Assembly (NCBI GenBank): GCA_951406725.2
Contig: OX597815.1
Span: 102,114,001 to 102,178,000, forward strand
Reading direction: 5' to 3'
Source: Octopus vulgaris
Taxonomy: Eukaryota
Length of the DNA: 64,000 nucleotides
Position 1 is the stretch's first letter. The number at the start of each line of letters is the position of its first letter. A model generated the notes under the pieces. That model was given only the letters and a program-made list of their open reading frames with translations, did not search any database and was not told the DNA's origin. The position numbers and the translations under genes were made by a program. Shown here piece by piece: positions 1 to 12,443 of this stretch.

Positions 1-150
1 GTACTGTGCTCCTTTACTTTTTTTTTTTTTATTTTTATAATTTGCATATATTTATTTTATTATAAATGCAAAACAACATTACAGAGGAATCGACGTAAAC
101 TTAAATAATAAACCGCGATAGATGAACTGCGATATAGCGAGGAATTATTG
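1..150. mobile_element. Right end of a pogo/Tigger-like MITE (same family as 62406-63240)
   Basis: Shares GTACTGT...TTTGCATATATTTATTTTATTATAAATGCAAAACAAC and the terminal CGCGATAG-TGAAC-GCG-TAT-GCGA...ATTG|TA with 62406-63240; ends in TA. Confidence 0.7.
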
Positions 151-716
151 TATTATACCTTTACAGTTTTTTATAATTTATATTATAAAACACTAACTCT
201 AATTGCTAGTGTGGTGAATGGTTAAGAAATTCGCTTCGCAGTTCGAACGTTTTGAGTTCAGTCTGACGACACTACAATTTAGGCAAATGTTTTCTCACAT
301 TTCTAACCGGAATTGATAAATGCTTTATCAATGGAATTTCATAAACGGAAACTGTTCGGAAGGCTTTGACACCCAATTGCGTCTAAACTGAGGCACCTCC
401 TCGACGGATTTAGTTGATTGCATAGACCACAGTATTCAGTTTAAAGTCTGGTACTTGTACTTTCGTTTTCTTTTTGTCGAATCATTAAATTACCGTGATT
501 GTTAAAACCCAACACACACACAGACACGCGCGCGCGCGCATGTACACGCGGGCGCGCGCAACAGATTATCATACAGGGGTTTCGTTTATCAAATACATTC
601 ACACGAAGCATCGATCGACTCGGAGCTTTAGTGGGCGACTCATGCTCCTGGTGTCGCATAGTGAGACTGAACTAGATACCACATGAATGCGAAACAAACT
701 TCTGAACCACAATAAT

Positions 717-860
717 GATATATATATATATATATATCACCTTGATCACCTTGACCAACCAGTCCGTCAGGCGTCCATTTGACACCGCTGTCCACTCCTC
801 TCTGGATCGCGCCTTTCTCATCCACGTGATCCCAATCGTCCTCCTGAAATCGTCAGACAG
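717..860 (-). mobile_element. RTE-clade LINE 3' end fragment
   Basis: Minus strand encodes SDDFRRTIGITWMRKARSREEW (RTE C-terminal motif) and ends in a short tandem CAAGGTGAT tail. Confidence 0.6.
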
Positions 861-1699
861 AAACTACACAGTATTTGTTCTGAGATTCTTCGCTCTGAGT
901 TCAAATCCCACCGATGTCCACCTTACATTTCATTCTTTCGAGGTCGAAAAAAAGGAACGTTCCATTCAAAGGAGGACATGTCTTGCGGTTGTTATCTCGG
1001 ATTTTTGCGTTCTGAGTTCAAATCTCACCATGCTTGAATTCGACAATAAGCTTAATCCGTTCCCCGGCTTAACACCATCACATGCCTTTAGCAGAATGCA
1101 CTTGGTTGGAAGCATTCAGGGTTAGTTTCCCGTTTAAGGATACCTTCTCCCCTGCTTTCCATCAGTTTTGGAGTCCGTGCAACATGTCAGAGCATTGTCT
1201 TCCTCCTTGACTAAATGATAAAAGTAAAAATGGCTAATTAATGCGTACGCATGTATGTGTGTGGTCGGCGTGTGCATACACACAATCACACACAACACAC
1301 ATACACACACTCATGCACACACTCATACACTCCCTCAGACTGGTATATACTTGCATATGCAGGGATAGTTTACTAATAAACTTTGTAAAGGGGAATAACT
1401 CAATAATTCAGTATTGTAAAGGAAGCTAACTCATTTTTATACAGAAAAAAATTCCTCATTTCGTTATTTGAGAAACGCGGACCGAGAGATGGGTTGGCTG
1501 TTGCAGCGAGCGTCACTGGCTATTCTCCGCGTCAACACCTTCGCACTCATCGCAACGTGCAGCTGAACACGCCATTTTATCTGGAGTGTAAAACTCGTTA
1601 CTCACTCCTCCCCTGTTTTCTGATGCTTACCCACCCTTTTATCTTTTTTTTTTTTTTTTTTTTTTTTTTAGATTTAGTTTAATAATAAAAAAAAATTTT

Positions 1700-1995
1700 C
1701 TCGCCTCCCGGATAGGGCTGCGTGTTGTGTTCTTGAGCAAGATACTTTATTTCACGTTACTCCCAATTCACTCAGCTGTAGAAATGAGCTGCGACAACCA
1801 CTGGTGCCAAACTCTATCGGCCTTTGCCTTTCCCTTGGATAACATCGGTGGAGTGGAGAACGGAGGCTGGTAAGCATAGCCGAATGCTGGTATTCCATAA
1901 AACAACCTTGTCCGGACTTGTGCCTCGGAGGGTAACTTTCTAGGTGCAATTCCATGGTCATTCATGACCGAAGCGGATCTTTACCCTTTACCCTT
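1700..1995 (+). mobile_element. tRNA-derived SINE, family C (5'-truncated)
   Basis: GTGTTCTTGAGCAAGATACTTTATTTCACGTT...CACTCAGCTGTAGAAATGAG core; homologous to the reverse complement of 2560-2890; TTTACCC tandem tail. Confidence 0.75.
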
Positions 1996-2473
1996 TGTCT
2001 TTCCCCTTACTTCATTACGTACTTCCTCACCCGCCGCCTTTCCTCTTCATACTTTACTTCTCTTTGCTTATCTGACGTCTCTTAGCTTCACCTTTTCTCT
2101 TTTTCGCCCTTATTTCTATATCGCTTGCAAGAACCTTTCCCTTACCAATCGTCTCACTCTGTCCTTAACTTCTCGATGCCAATATTTATCGTGAATATTA
2201 TTCCAAACGTCGCATTTGTTATTCATCCGTCTCAGAAGAATGTTCTATGTTTGTTGCATAAAGATACTCATATTTTAGATGAATGTGTTGATAATATGTC
2301 AGCTTATGTGTCTTTGAGACAACGTATATCTATATTTAAGAGATGAGAAATTATATACATTATTTACATTTGACGGATATTTGTCCTCATCTACGCCATA
2401 TGCCCACGGGTAGTGGTTAAGAGCGCGGGCTACTAACTCCAAGATTCCGAGTTCGATTCCAGGTAGTGACCTA

Positions 2474-2546
<73 letters not shown>

Positions 2547-2559
2547 TCCGGAGCCGGAA

Positions 2560-2890
2560 ACCCCTTTCGGTCACGAATGACCATGGAATTGCATCTATAA
2601 AGTTACCCTCCGAGGCACAAGTCTGGGCAAAGTTGTTTATGGAAGACCATTATATCACGCCCATGCATACCAGCCTCCCCTCTCCACTCCACCGATGTTA
2701 CCCAAGGGAAAGGCAAAGGCTGATACAGCTTGGCACCAGTGACGTCGCAACTCATTTCTACAGCTGAGTAAACTGGAGCAACGTAAAATAAAGTGTCTTG
2801 CTCAAGAACGCAACACCCAGCCCGGTACGGGATTCGAACACACAACCTCACGGTCGTAGGTTCGACGTTCTTACCACAGTGCCATGCGCC
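2560..2890 (-). mobile_element. tRNA-derived SINE, family C (full length), nested in the (AAT)n tract of the HHR element
   Basis: Minus strand starts GGCGCATGGCACTGTGGTAAG (A box) ... GTTCGAATCCC (B box); body matches 1700-1995. Confidence 0.8.
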
Positions 2891-2913
2891 TTCACAATAA
2901 TAATAATAATAAC

Positions 2914-2945
<32 letters not shown>

Positions 2946-3012
2946 CAACAACAACGACAGCAACATCGAAAAATACCTTAGGAATGAGAACCCAGGTTCG
3001 AAATTTCCCCAA

Positions 3013-3058
3013 AACACCTGATGAAGGCTGGAGGGTATATCATCCGAAACGTTGTGTT
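3013..3058 (+). ncRNA. Minimal type-I hammerhead ribozyme (PLE type)
   Basis: AACAC-CTGATGA-A-GGCTG gagggtatat CATCC-GAAA-CG-TT|GTGTT. Stem I AACAC/GTGTT; stem II GGCTG/CA(G)CC (perfect in copy 2); palindromic AACGTT stem III. Confidence 0.8.
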
Positions 3059-3244
3059 AACAACAAACAAGATGAGGACAAATATCCGTCGAATGTAGAT
3101 AATGTAAATAATGTAAATGATGAACGTATTTCTGTTTTTCATAATATGCATCATGATATCAATCACTTACCGAATATTTGAATCCTGTAGTATCTTTTAG
3201 TTGTTTTTTTTTTATTTGTTTGTTTTTTGTTGTTGTTTTTTTGC

Positions 3245-4067
3245 ACTTGCTTCAGTCATTAGACCTCGGCCAAGCTGTGGCACTACTTGAAGGATTTTAG
3301 TCGAACAAGTCAACCCTGGTAATAACTTTTTATAAGCTTGGTACTTATTTTATCGGTACTTTTGCCGAGCCGCTGGGTTACGGGAACGTAAACACACCAA
3401 CACCTGTTGTCAAGTGATGGTAGTGGTGGTGCACTAACACAAAGATACACACTCATACACAGACGCGTGCACACACACACATATATACACACACACACAC
3501 ATACACAGACGCGCACATACACAGACGCACACACACACAGACGCACACACACACACACGCACACATACACACACATACACACACGCGCCCGCACGCACAC
3601 TAAATGCACGCATATATGCGCGCGCGCACACACACTCACACACACGCACACATATACGACGGGATTCATTCAGTTTCTGTCAACCAAATCCACTCGCAAG
3701 GCTTTGGTCGCACCGAGGCTATAGTAGAAGATGACACCATGTCATCTTCTACTAAGGCGGCGAGCTGGCAGAATCGTTAGCACGCCGGGCCAAGTGCTTA
3801 ACGGTATTTCGTCCGCCGTTATGTTCAGAGTTCAAATTCCGCCGAGGTCGACTTTGCCTTTCATCCTTTCGGGGTCAGTAAATTAAGTACCACTTACGCA
3901 CTGGGGTCGATCTAACCGACTTAATCCCTTTATCTGTCCTTGTTTGTCCCCTCTATGTTTAGTCCCTTGTGGGCAATAAAGAATTAAGAAGATGACACCG
4001 TGTAGGACTGAACCCTGGATCATGTGGTTGGAAAGCCAGCTTCTTACTTCAGAGCCACGACTGCGCC
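3245..4067 (-). mobile_element. tRNA-derived SINE, family A, with internal (AC)n, interrupted by SINE B
   Basis: Reverse complement of the GGCGCAGGAGTGGCTGTGTGGTAAG...GGTTCAGTCC family seen intact at 17186, 52571 and 63615. Confidence 0.8.
3756..3986 (+). mobile_element. SINE family B with a Deu/Nin-like central domain
   Basis: GGCGGCGAGCTGGCAGAA...GAGTTCAAATTCC (B box)...GCCTTTCATCCTTTCGGGGTC...AAATTAAGTACC; 13-bp TSD AGAAGATGACACC (3726-3738 / 3987-3999). Confidence 0.85.
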
Positions 4068-4108
4068 TTCTCATTTAAATGCATTCCTTACACCTATTAC
4101 ACCTATTA

Positions 4109-5105
4109 CACTGGGCAACAAATTGCTTTTTTGTTTGGTGCCAGGAATATTTCAACGAATTCTTAAATTGATTTTGCTTGCTAAATTCAAAAATAACTTC
4201 AGTTTTTTCTCAATCAAGTCTAGTTTTCTGATTAGACCTGATAGAGTAAGTATTTTATTCATACAAGAGACATATAATATGAATCAATAGAGAGTAACGA
4301 AACAAAGTACAAATAAAAATTCAGAATTGAAAATACACTTTTGGCAAAGATTTTTGGCAGAAAATTCAAGGAATATATTTACGCATTTTTGTGCACTGTG
4401 AATGTTGAGCAACATGATTATCTTGTTTTAAACATCAACAATTGTCTGCCATCATCAAAGCATACCAACGTCCTTGGTACCGAGTTTCCATCTCCTTGAT
4501 GAAAAGATGTCATTCGTTTTGTTTGTATTCCTCAATGCCAAGCTTATTAAGAAACCCTCTGATATTTCTGCAGTAAACCAGCTCTTTTTGTGAAGAATGA
4601 AAGGAACTCTTCATGCCGACTCCGATAAAAGGTTATACGGACATCATTCTCTAGAAGATTCTTCTCTTTCATTTGGGAAAACAACAATTCAGCAGAAATT
4701 TTTGTGGGGTTCAAGCCACGAACTAGATCATTCAGCTCTGCCTGGGAGAATAGCTGAGATAAAGTCTCAACTGAAAAGTTTTTATCTCTAGTGTCATCTT
4801 CAGGTGATGAATCTTCCTCGGTTGAGGGTAAAGTTATGAGGCAAGACATTGAAGACAGGCACTGGAAGCTCTTCATTGTGTGGAACCGGTCTAAAAGCAG
4901 AGGCAAGATTAGAATAGACAAGGGTTTGTTGATTTTTCCTTTTAATACCCTTCAAATTTAGGTTACAAATATAGCAGTCAACCACGTGATTATAGGGCTC
5001 AATAACTTAAAAATTAGATTTGATAGGTCAAAAATAATGTTATATTTTGATTCAGGAGACCTATTTTGTATAGGAATGATGCCTAATTCCTAAACACCAA
5101 AAACC
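4109..5105 (-). mobile_element. Chapaev3-like (CMC) DNA transposon, deleted and frameshifted
   Basis: Terminus CACTGGGCAACAAA after TTA; minus-strand peptides DCYIC..YSNLASAFRPVPHNEELPVP, FSQAELNDLVRGL..SAELL..MKEKNLL and IKEMETRYQGRW..MMADNC. Family assignment is from memory. Confidence 0.7.
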
Positions 5106-5380
5106 TTGTATCATTTATCCACCCAAACTAATCACCCGAACTGTCATTCTTCTAACCAGTTCATCCGCTGTTGATGTACTCAACTCTGAATAAGATTTTA
5201 GAATTAATATATGTATGTATGTGTGTGTGTATGTGTATTATCATTATTATCATTATTATTATTATTAAAAATTATATATACATAATGTAAAAATAGTAAT
5301 ATTCCTATGTATGAATAGAGATTAACCAGTGGAGTATCTTAGATTATATAATCCCTAATGAGGTTATAACTTCCTCGAAT

Positions 5381-5428
<48 letters not shown>

Positions 5429-5458
5429 AAGAAAAAAGCAACAAGAATGGATTAGTAG

Positions 5459-5547
5459 TTTAGTACAATTGTTTCATACCAAGAACAATTTTATTTAAAG
5501 CTGCGAGTATTGCAGCAAATACAAATGTCCAGTATTCATCAGCTAAA
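5459..5547 (-). ncRNA. Type-I hammerhead ribozyme (PLE type) with long loop II
   Basis: Minus: TTTAG-CTGATGA-ATACTGG...TTGGTAT-GAAA-CAATTG-TA|CTAAA. Intact core, palindromic ACAATTGT stem III, GUA triplet. Confidence 0.8.
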
Positions 5548-6183
5548 TCACATATATGTTTTCCAGACATACTAGAGAGTGTGACTATCCTCATGAAGTA
5601 ATAGGAGTGAGTTCTATGAAATTTAAAGTCAAATTATAAGCAGACTCAAAATGCTTTCTAATGATGCACAGTTTTATAAAAAATTTTAAATAGATTGTTA
5701 ACTTCCTAGAGAAGGTGAATCCATCCATAAAAATGCAGATATAATTTCCGGAGACATGAGGAAAACTGTTGATCACACAGCGGTTCTTTTCACAACTCTA
5801 CCCAAACTAATATATATATATTATCGACCGCATATATTCAGTATATGTGTTTTGCTTCTTCGCCGATATGTTGCGGGATGGCGCGCTAGGTATGACCTCT
5901 TCAATGCACAGGGTGTTAAAACAACTGCAAATTATAGGCGAGACAACTCGTCTCTGATCCCATTCAGGAGTGACGGATACCGATGTTTTGGTATCCGATA
6001 TATCGGTGTACAAACCTCCTAAATGGGATTAGGGCCGAATTGCCTCGCTTGTCTATGATTTTCAGGGGTTTTAACCCCTGGGGGAGACATCCCCACCACG
6101 CCATCGGGCAGCTGCCAGCGAACGAACAATACACATACGTTGAACGTGTACCGTCGATGTTTACAACACTAATTCATAATTGA

Positions 6184-6218
<35 letters not shown>

Positions 6219-6506
6219 TATTGATGGTTAGCAGGCTGAATCTTCGAACCCACTACCAAGACTCATTTTGTCAAAATACGTACTCGACAAAAAGTCGTGA
6301 ATAATCTTTCAATTCAAGATAAAATTAATTTTATTAGAACTTGACACACGCGCTCGCACACACGCGCACACACCTATAAGTACATACATACATACATACA
6401 TACATACATACATACATACATACACACATAAATACATACATACATACACACATACATACATACATACATACACACATACACATACATACATACATACATA
6501 CATACA

Positions 6507-6539
<33 letters not shown>

Positions 6540-6722
6540 TGTATGTATGCATGTATGTATGTACGTACGCACATACATCCATACATAAATACAAACGCAC
6601 GTGTGCACACAGACACAAACACACACACACACATCGAGATAGTAATGACTTAGATTCATTTGAATATTTGCTCAGTCATGGCCCACTTGGAGGCTAAACG
6701 GCAACATTGAAAGAATTCAACA

Positions 6723-6813
<91 letters not shown>

Positions 6814-7767
6814 GTGAAAATATACGATGTGTGAAAAAAAGCATATGGTTTCATCCACAGTTATATACTGGAATCTATTAACAAATAGGGATTTTTTGAA
6901 TATAATGCGGCCTTTTGTTAACCAACGCTATCGGAAATCAACCGTTATTCATTTCAAGAACTCATATTTCGTTTTTTTTTTTCTTTTTTCGTTTTTTCTT
7001 TCATTTTTTATTTTTTTTTAATTTTTTATGAAGTCTGTTAAACGATTGAATTCTTCATGAAAATAATTATAATCATTCATCGTTATATGAGAACAGAAAC
7101 GCATGTTAAATTGGTTGCCAACGTATTTTTGCACATGTGTATGTATGTATGTATGTATGTATGCATGTATGTATGTATGTATGTATGTATGTATGTATGT
7201 ATGTATGTATGTATGTATGTATGCATGCATGTATGTATGTATGTATGTATGTATTCGTGTGTGTGTGTGTGTGTGTGTGCGTGCGTACGTGCACGTATGC
7301 ATGCATGCATGTTTGTATGTGTGCATGTATGTGCATGTATGTGTGCATGCATTTATATATGCATGTATGAGTGTATGTACGTAGTATATATGTATGTACG
7401 TGACCATGCACGCATGTACGTATATTTGTATGTTTGCATTTATATACGTATATATGCATGTATATATACATGCCCACTATGCATGTTTGCACATCAGTAA
7501 GTTCACATGTATGTATGTATGTATCTATGTATGTATGTATGTATGTATGTATGTATGTATGTATGTATGTATGTATGTGCACATGTACGCATGGGCACAG
7601 GAATTAATGGGGATCTTATTCAATTCTAAATTTTAGGAATGCTTTGCATTATTTGACAGACTGAAGTTGTAATCTTCTGAGTAGGTGAGTTGTAAGTCCA
7701 AGTTTCTCATAATTGGTACTGAGACAGTTCGTCACGTATTTAAGAACTCCAATAATCACTGGCATGT

Positions 7768-9021
7768 TTGGGTTGGCAACTAAGTTTCCGCGTTTTTTTT
7801 TTTAAATTTAAATTTTTTTAAAGGCTTAATAAAGAATAACAACTAATTAATCAATAATGTCTTCACCCTTGTTATTTACAACTTCTTCCCAACGTTCAAC
7901 AAGATTTTCAATACCTCGTTGGTAGAAATCATCCGATTTCGACTCGAAAAGTTGATCCAACCAAGCTCTCAATTCTGCATCAGTATTGAACGAAACTCCG
8001 CGCATAGCATTTAAAAGAGATCGAAAGCGGTGGAAATCCGTTGGTGCCAAATTAGGAGAGTACGGCAAGTGTGGCAGCACTTCCCAGCCATGCGTTTGAA
8101 TGGTTTCCTTGGTCATATTGGCGATATGAGAGCGGGCGTTGTCGTGCAAGCACAAGAACTTCATGTTGCCGATTAGGTCTTCCCTCTTGAATAGCCGTGT
8201 TGAGTCGTTCCATCTATTGAACATAGAGTTCCGTGTTGACCGTTTGGTTCCGTTCAAGCTATTTGTAATGCATAATCCCTTCCCAGTCCCACTATATGCA
8301 CAACACTGTTTTACGCTGATGAAGATCTTCTTTCACGCGCGGTGTTGCTTGTTTACCGGAGCTAAACCATTCCTTACTTCATTTTCATGTACAAGCACCA
8401 TTTTTCGTCGCTAGTAACGATTCGGTGACGAGCAAGCAAACCAGCGAAGATTGTGGCTCGTTGATTTTTGTTGTTGTCACTTAAAGCATGCGGGACCCAT
8501 GCTTCATACTTCTGAAACTTTCCCATCGAGTGAGGATGCTTCTCTATAGCAGAGTGGGAGCATTCCATTTTCTCTGCCAGTTCCCTTGTCATTTGACGAG
8601 AATTTTTGTGCAAAAGTTGGTCTAATCGCTCTTCATCGAACTCAACTCGACGGCCAGAACGAGGTGCGTCTTTGAGTTCAAAATTTCCATTTTCGAACTT
8701 GGCATACTAATCACGAGCGGTTCTTTCAGCTATGGCACCCTCTCCATACACAGCACAAATGTCGCGAGCAGCTTTTGCGGCCTTAAAACCTTGATTAAAA
8801 GCAAAATGAAGGAGGTATCGAAAATGCTCGTTTTTCTTAACTTGACATTCTATTTTAATGATCTGAAAATAAACAAAAATTAACTAAAATTAACTCGAAA
8901 AATGCAAAATAGATTCCAAAATGATTCAAAAATAGAATTCTCGAAAAAATAGATTCCAAAATTTAAAAACGCAATAAATTCCAAAATTTAAAAAACGGCG
9001 AGAACTTAGTTACCAACTCAA
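7768..9021 (-). mobile_element. Near full-length mariner (DD34D) element with a decayed transposase (about 8853 to 7847)
   Basis: TIRs TTGGGTTGGCAACTAAGT / ACTTAGTTACCAACTCAA|TA; motifs WVPHAL, IVTSDEKW, HDNARSH, HLPYSPNLAPTDF; start codon mutated to ATA, stops and frameshifts. Confidence 0.95.
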
Positions 9022-9732
9022 TATATAGATACGTTGTAGAAGCGCGTGGCTTAATGGTTAAAGGTGTAGCACTCTTGATCGTAAAGCTGTGGTTTCGATT
9101 TCTATACCGGGAGATGCGTTGTGTTTTTGAGCAAAGTACTTTATTTCACGTTGCTCCAGTTCACTTAACTAGCTAAAATAAGTAATCCTGCGACGACCGG
9201 GCGTTTCGTCCACAGAATCCGGAAAACCAGCCTTATGAGCCTATGGCTCTGGATGAACCTTTGATCCGTCTATGTATGAATGTGTGTATGAATTTATGAA
9301 TGTAGATATGTAATTGAACGCATGTATAACCGAGTGGTTTAGACGTTTGCCTCACAATCGTAGGTTTGATCTCACTATCTGGCATTTTGAGGAAGTATCT
9401 TTATCTCGTATTTTTCTTTTTTTTTTACCATAGTTTTATGACGACCCAAGCTTTATGGGTGAAACTGGATACATGGGAGCGGTGACAGAGCGTCAGATTC
9501 TTTGTATCCGTAATGTCAAAGGCACATACTGTGTCAGACAGAATTTGCGTGTGAATTACGTCCAAGATGCTAACATTCAGTCAATTACATTAACGTTCCA
9601 CAAGTAAGTAGTTTAATTAATCTAACGGCTGGAATATTCATCAAGGACATCAATGGAGACCCATTTACCATGTATGTATGTATGTATGTATGTATGTATG
9701 TATGTATGTATGTATGTATGTATGTATGTATG

Positions 9733-10392
9733 TAGTCCCTTCCAACCGAACATGCTTTGGTTTTTCTCAGACGAGAAAAATTTCTACCAGGATCCCAAAA
9801 CATGTACCGAGAGTGATAAAAATCAAACATCCAGTGAACATCATGGTGTTTGGAGTGAACATTAATGATGGCGACGTTATACTTCCATACTTCCATTCAT
9901 TTTCCCACACAGCCTCAGATTCAAGACGGACACCTACATCAAGTGCCTGGAAGAGGTAGTGCTTGCCCTGGGTCAAGAGGGTGGCTGCTGGAAGACCCTA
10001 CGTCTGGCAACAGGACTCTGTATCATGCCACACAAGCAGGAGAACCCAGTCATGGCTGTCAGACACTTTCTGCGATCACACCACCCCTAACATCTTCCCA
10101 GACTGCAACCCCCTTGATTTTCATGTGCGAGAGATCAACAAAACTTCTTCTAGTACCAAAGATGAACTGATGGCAAGGATTATGGCGGCATTCACCAACT
10201 TAAACAAAGAGACCGTTCAGAAGAGTTGCAGGAGATTCCAAAGTAGTCTGGAAGCTGTGGTTGAAGTCAATGGCGATTTCATTGAATAAATTTACTTTTT
10301 AGTATCTCCGGATATTTTTATGTAATTTTGGTAAATAGATCAGTTAAAATGAGATGTCAGTGATATTTTCCTCCTTACCTAATTTAGACAAT
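9733..10392 (+). mobile_element. maT/DD37D-like Tc1/mariner transposase 3' fragment
   Basis: FFSDEKNFYQD, KHPVNIMVFGV, YVWQQDSVSCHTS, PDCNPLDF, LEAVVEVNGDFIE spread over frameshifts. Confidence 0.8.
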
Positions 10393-11103
10393 ATATTTCT
10401 TTCTTTTTCTTAAGCCGGTAGAACACGATAAATATGTGATTTAACTTCTATTTCTAGTTGATTGAGCGATAACATAAACGTAATTTCATTTCCCCGGCAC
10501 AGACTTGTTTTTATAGGTTGTTTCAGAAGTAATATTAGGAAATTATTGATTGAATTGACTCCAATATATAATTAGCATCTGTATTAACAACTTTTGATGG
10601 ACCAAGGAATAAATTTGACCCCCGGTGGATTTTGAACTTGCGACGTTGGAGTTAAAAGTTTGACAGTTAATCTGAAATTCTGCCACCAGTTCAGTTTAGA
10701 TGTAAGCTGTTTGTGTATTGATTATCAGCGTAGCTATATGAATGCCAAATCAGTTCTTTGACTTGAGTAAATAAATACTAATAAATAAATAAAATGTAGA
10801 AGAAAGAAAGAAAGAAAGGGAGAAAGGAAGGGGAAAAGAAAGAAAAAATAAGAATGGAAAAGAAGGCAGGGAGGAAGGAAAGGAGAAAGAAAGCAAGCAA
10901 GAAAGAGAGAAGAAAAGAAAATTTGAAAGAAAGGAAAAAGAAAAGCAAGAAAGAAAATGAGTGGTACTATATGTAATATTTATTAAGGGACAGTATGAAA
11001 GAAAGGAAGTAAGATAAATTAAATGTAAGATAGACAATGAATGGCATTGTTGATACATCATAGAAAATTGTAAAGAGAAGTTATAGAGTGGTAAAAACTA
11101 CAT

Positions 11104-11154
<51 letters not shown>

Positions 11155-11408
11155 AGGGAAGAGGGAGGGGAGAAGGAGGAGTGAGAGTCAGAGTGAGGAT
11201 TTAGAGAGTGTTATATGTACAGATAACAAAGAGAGAAGCAAAGAACTAGAAATGGTATGTGGTGAGGGTGTTGCACTAACGCGAGTTATCAAGTAAATTC
11301 TCTAACTCACATTATATACCACACCACATACCCTCTCAGGCTCTTTCTCTTTCTCAGTCTCTCCCTCTTTCTCAATTTCTCTCCCTCTCACTCTCTCTCT
11401 CTCTCTCT

Positions 11409-11515
<107 letters not shown>

Positions 11516-12037
11516 GAGACAAACATCTGCAAGTTAACGGACAGGCACAATCTGGTATCGTTACTCACATAAAGGTAAATACAAAATCATTTCCAGCATT
11601 AAAAATAAAATGTGAATTAAATGAAACTACTTAGTTTCCGAAAAAAGAACCAACTTATTTTTTGCTTCATAAATTTATTTATATATTTATTTATTTAAAC
11701 TTCTATTTATTTTGTTATTAATTTACTTTTTCATAAATTTACTCATTTAATCTTCCATTTATTTTATAAATTTACAAATACGCCTCTGTACATATCTTTT
11801 CCTACAGCTAAAAGTTTTTAACATCAAGCAATCAAATATCCGTATTGAAAAGATGACACCTAACTCTCTACGTTGTTTCGCCCTTCTCTGCTTACTCGTC
11901 TGTGGTTCTGAGGCATGGTTTGCATTGGGTAAGTACCTCAAGCATCTCGTCCCCAACTCTCATTCTCTCTGTCTCTCTTTTTCTCCCTCTCTGTAAATAT
12001 GTATACGTTTAATATATACGTGTTTGTGTGTGTGTGT

Positions 12038-12443
12038 GTGGCTGTGTGGTAAGTAGCTTGTTTACCAACCACATGGATCCGGGTTCAGTCCCACTGCGTG
12101 GTACCTTGGGCAAGTGTCTTCTACTATAGCCTCGGGCCGACCAAAGCCTTGTGAGTGGATTTGGTAGACGGAAACTGAAAGAAGCCCGTCGTATATATGT
12201 ATATATGTATAAATGTATGTGTGTGTGTTTGTGTGTCTGTGTTTGTCCCCCTAGCATTGCTTGACAACCGATGCTGGTGTGTTTATGTCCCTGTCACTTA
12301 GCGGTTCGGCAAAAGAGACCGATAGAATAAGTACTGGGCTTACAAAGAATAAGTGCCGGGTTCGAGTTGCTCGATTAAAGGCGGTGCTCCAGCATGGCCG
12401 CAGTCAAATGACTGAAACAAGTAAAAGAGTAAAAGAGTAAAGA

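Larger units (their letters stand above)
2332..3122 (+). mobile_element. tRNA-headed, hammerhead-containing non-autonomous retroelement, copy 1 (interrupted by SINE C)
   Basis: Inverted tail copy 2332-2392; head TAGTGGTTAAGAGCGCGGGCTACTAAC...GAGTTCGATTCC (B box); (AAT)n; body with HHR at 3013-3058; GTAAATAAT tandem end; flanking direct repeat AACGTAT(A/T)TCT at 2321-2331 and 3123-3133. Confidence 0.8.

Noticed and set aside
5960-6012. Hairpin GGATACC..GGTATCC followed by GATATATCGG, hammerhead-like
   Set aside because: Both core boxes deviate and there is no convincing stem I.
6309-7636. Many ORFs such as MYVCMYVC, HTHTHT, IYIYIY, LSIYLSIY and poly-N/L/Y, here and throughout the window
   Set aside because: They are translations of microsatellites, with no splice or domain evidence.
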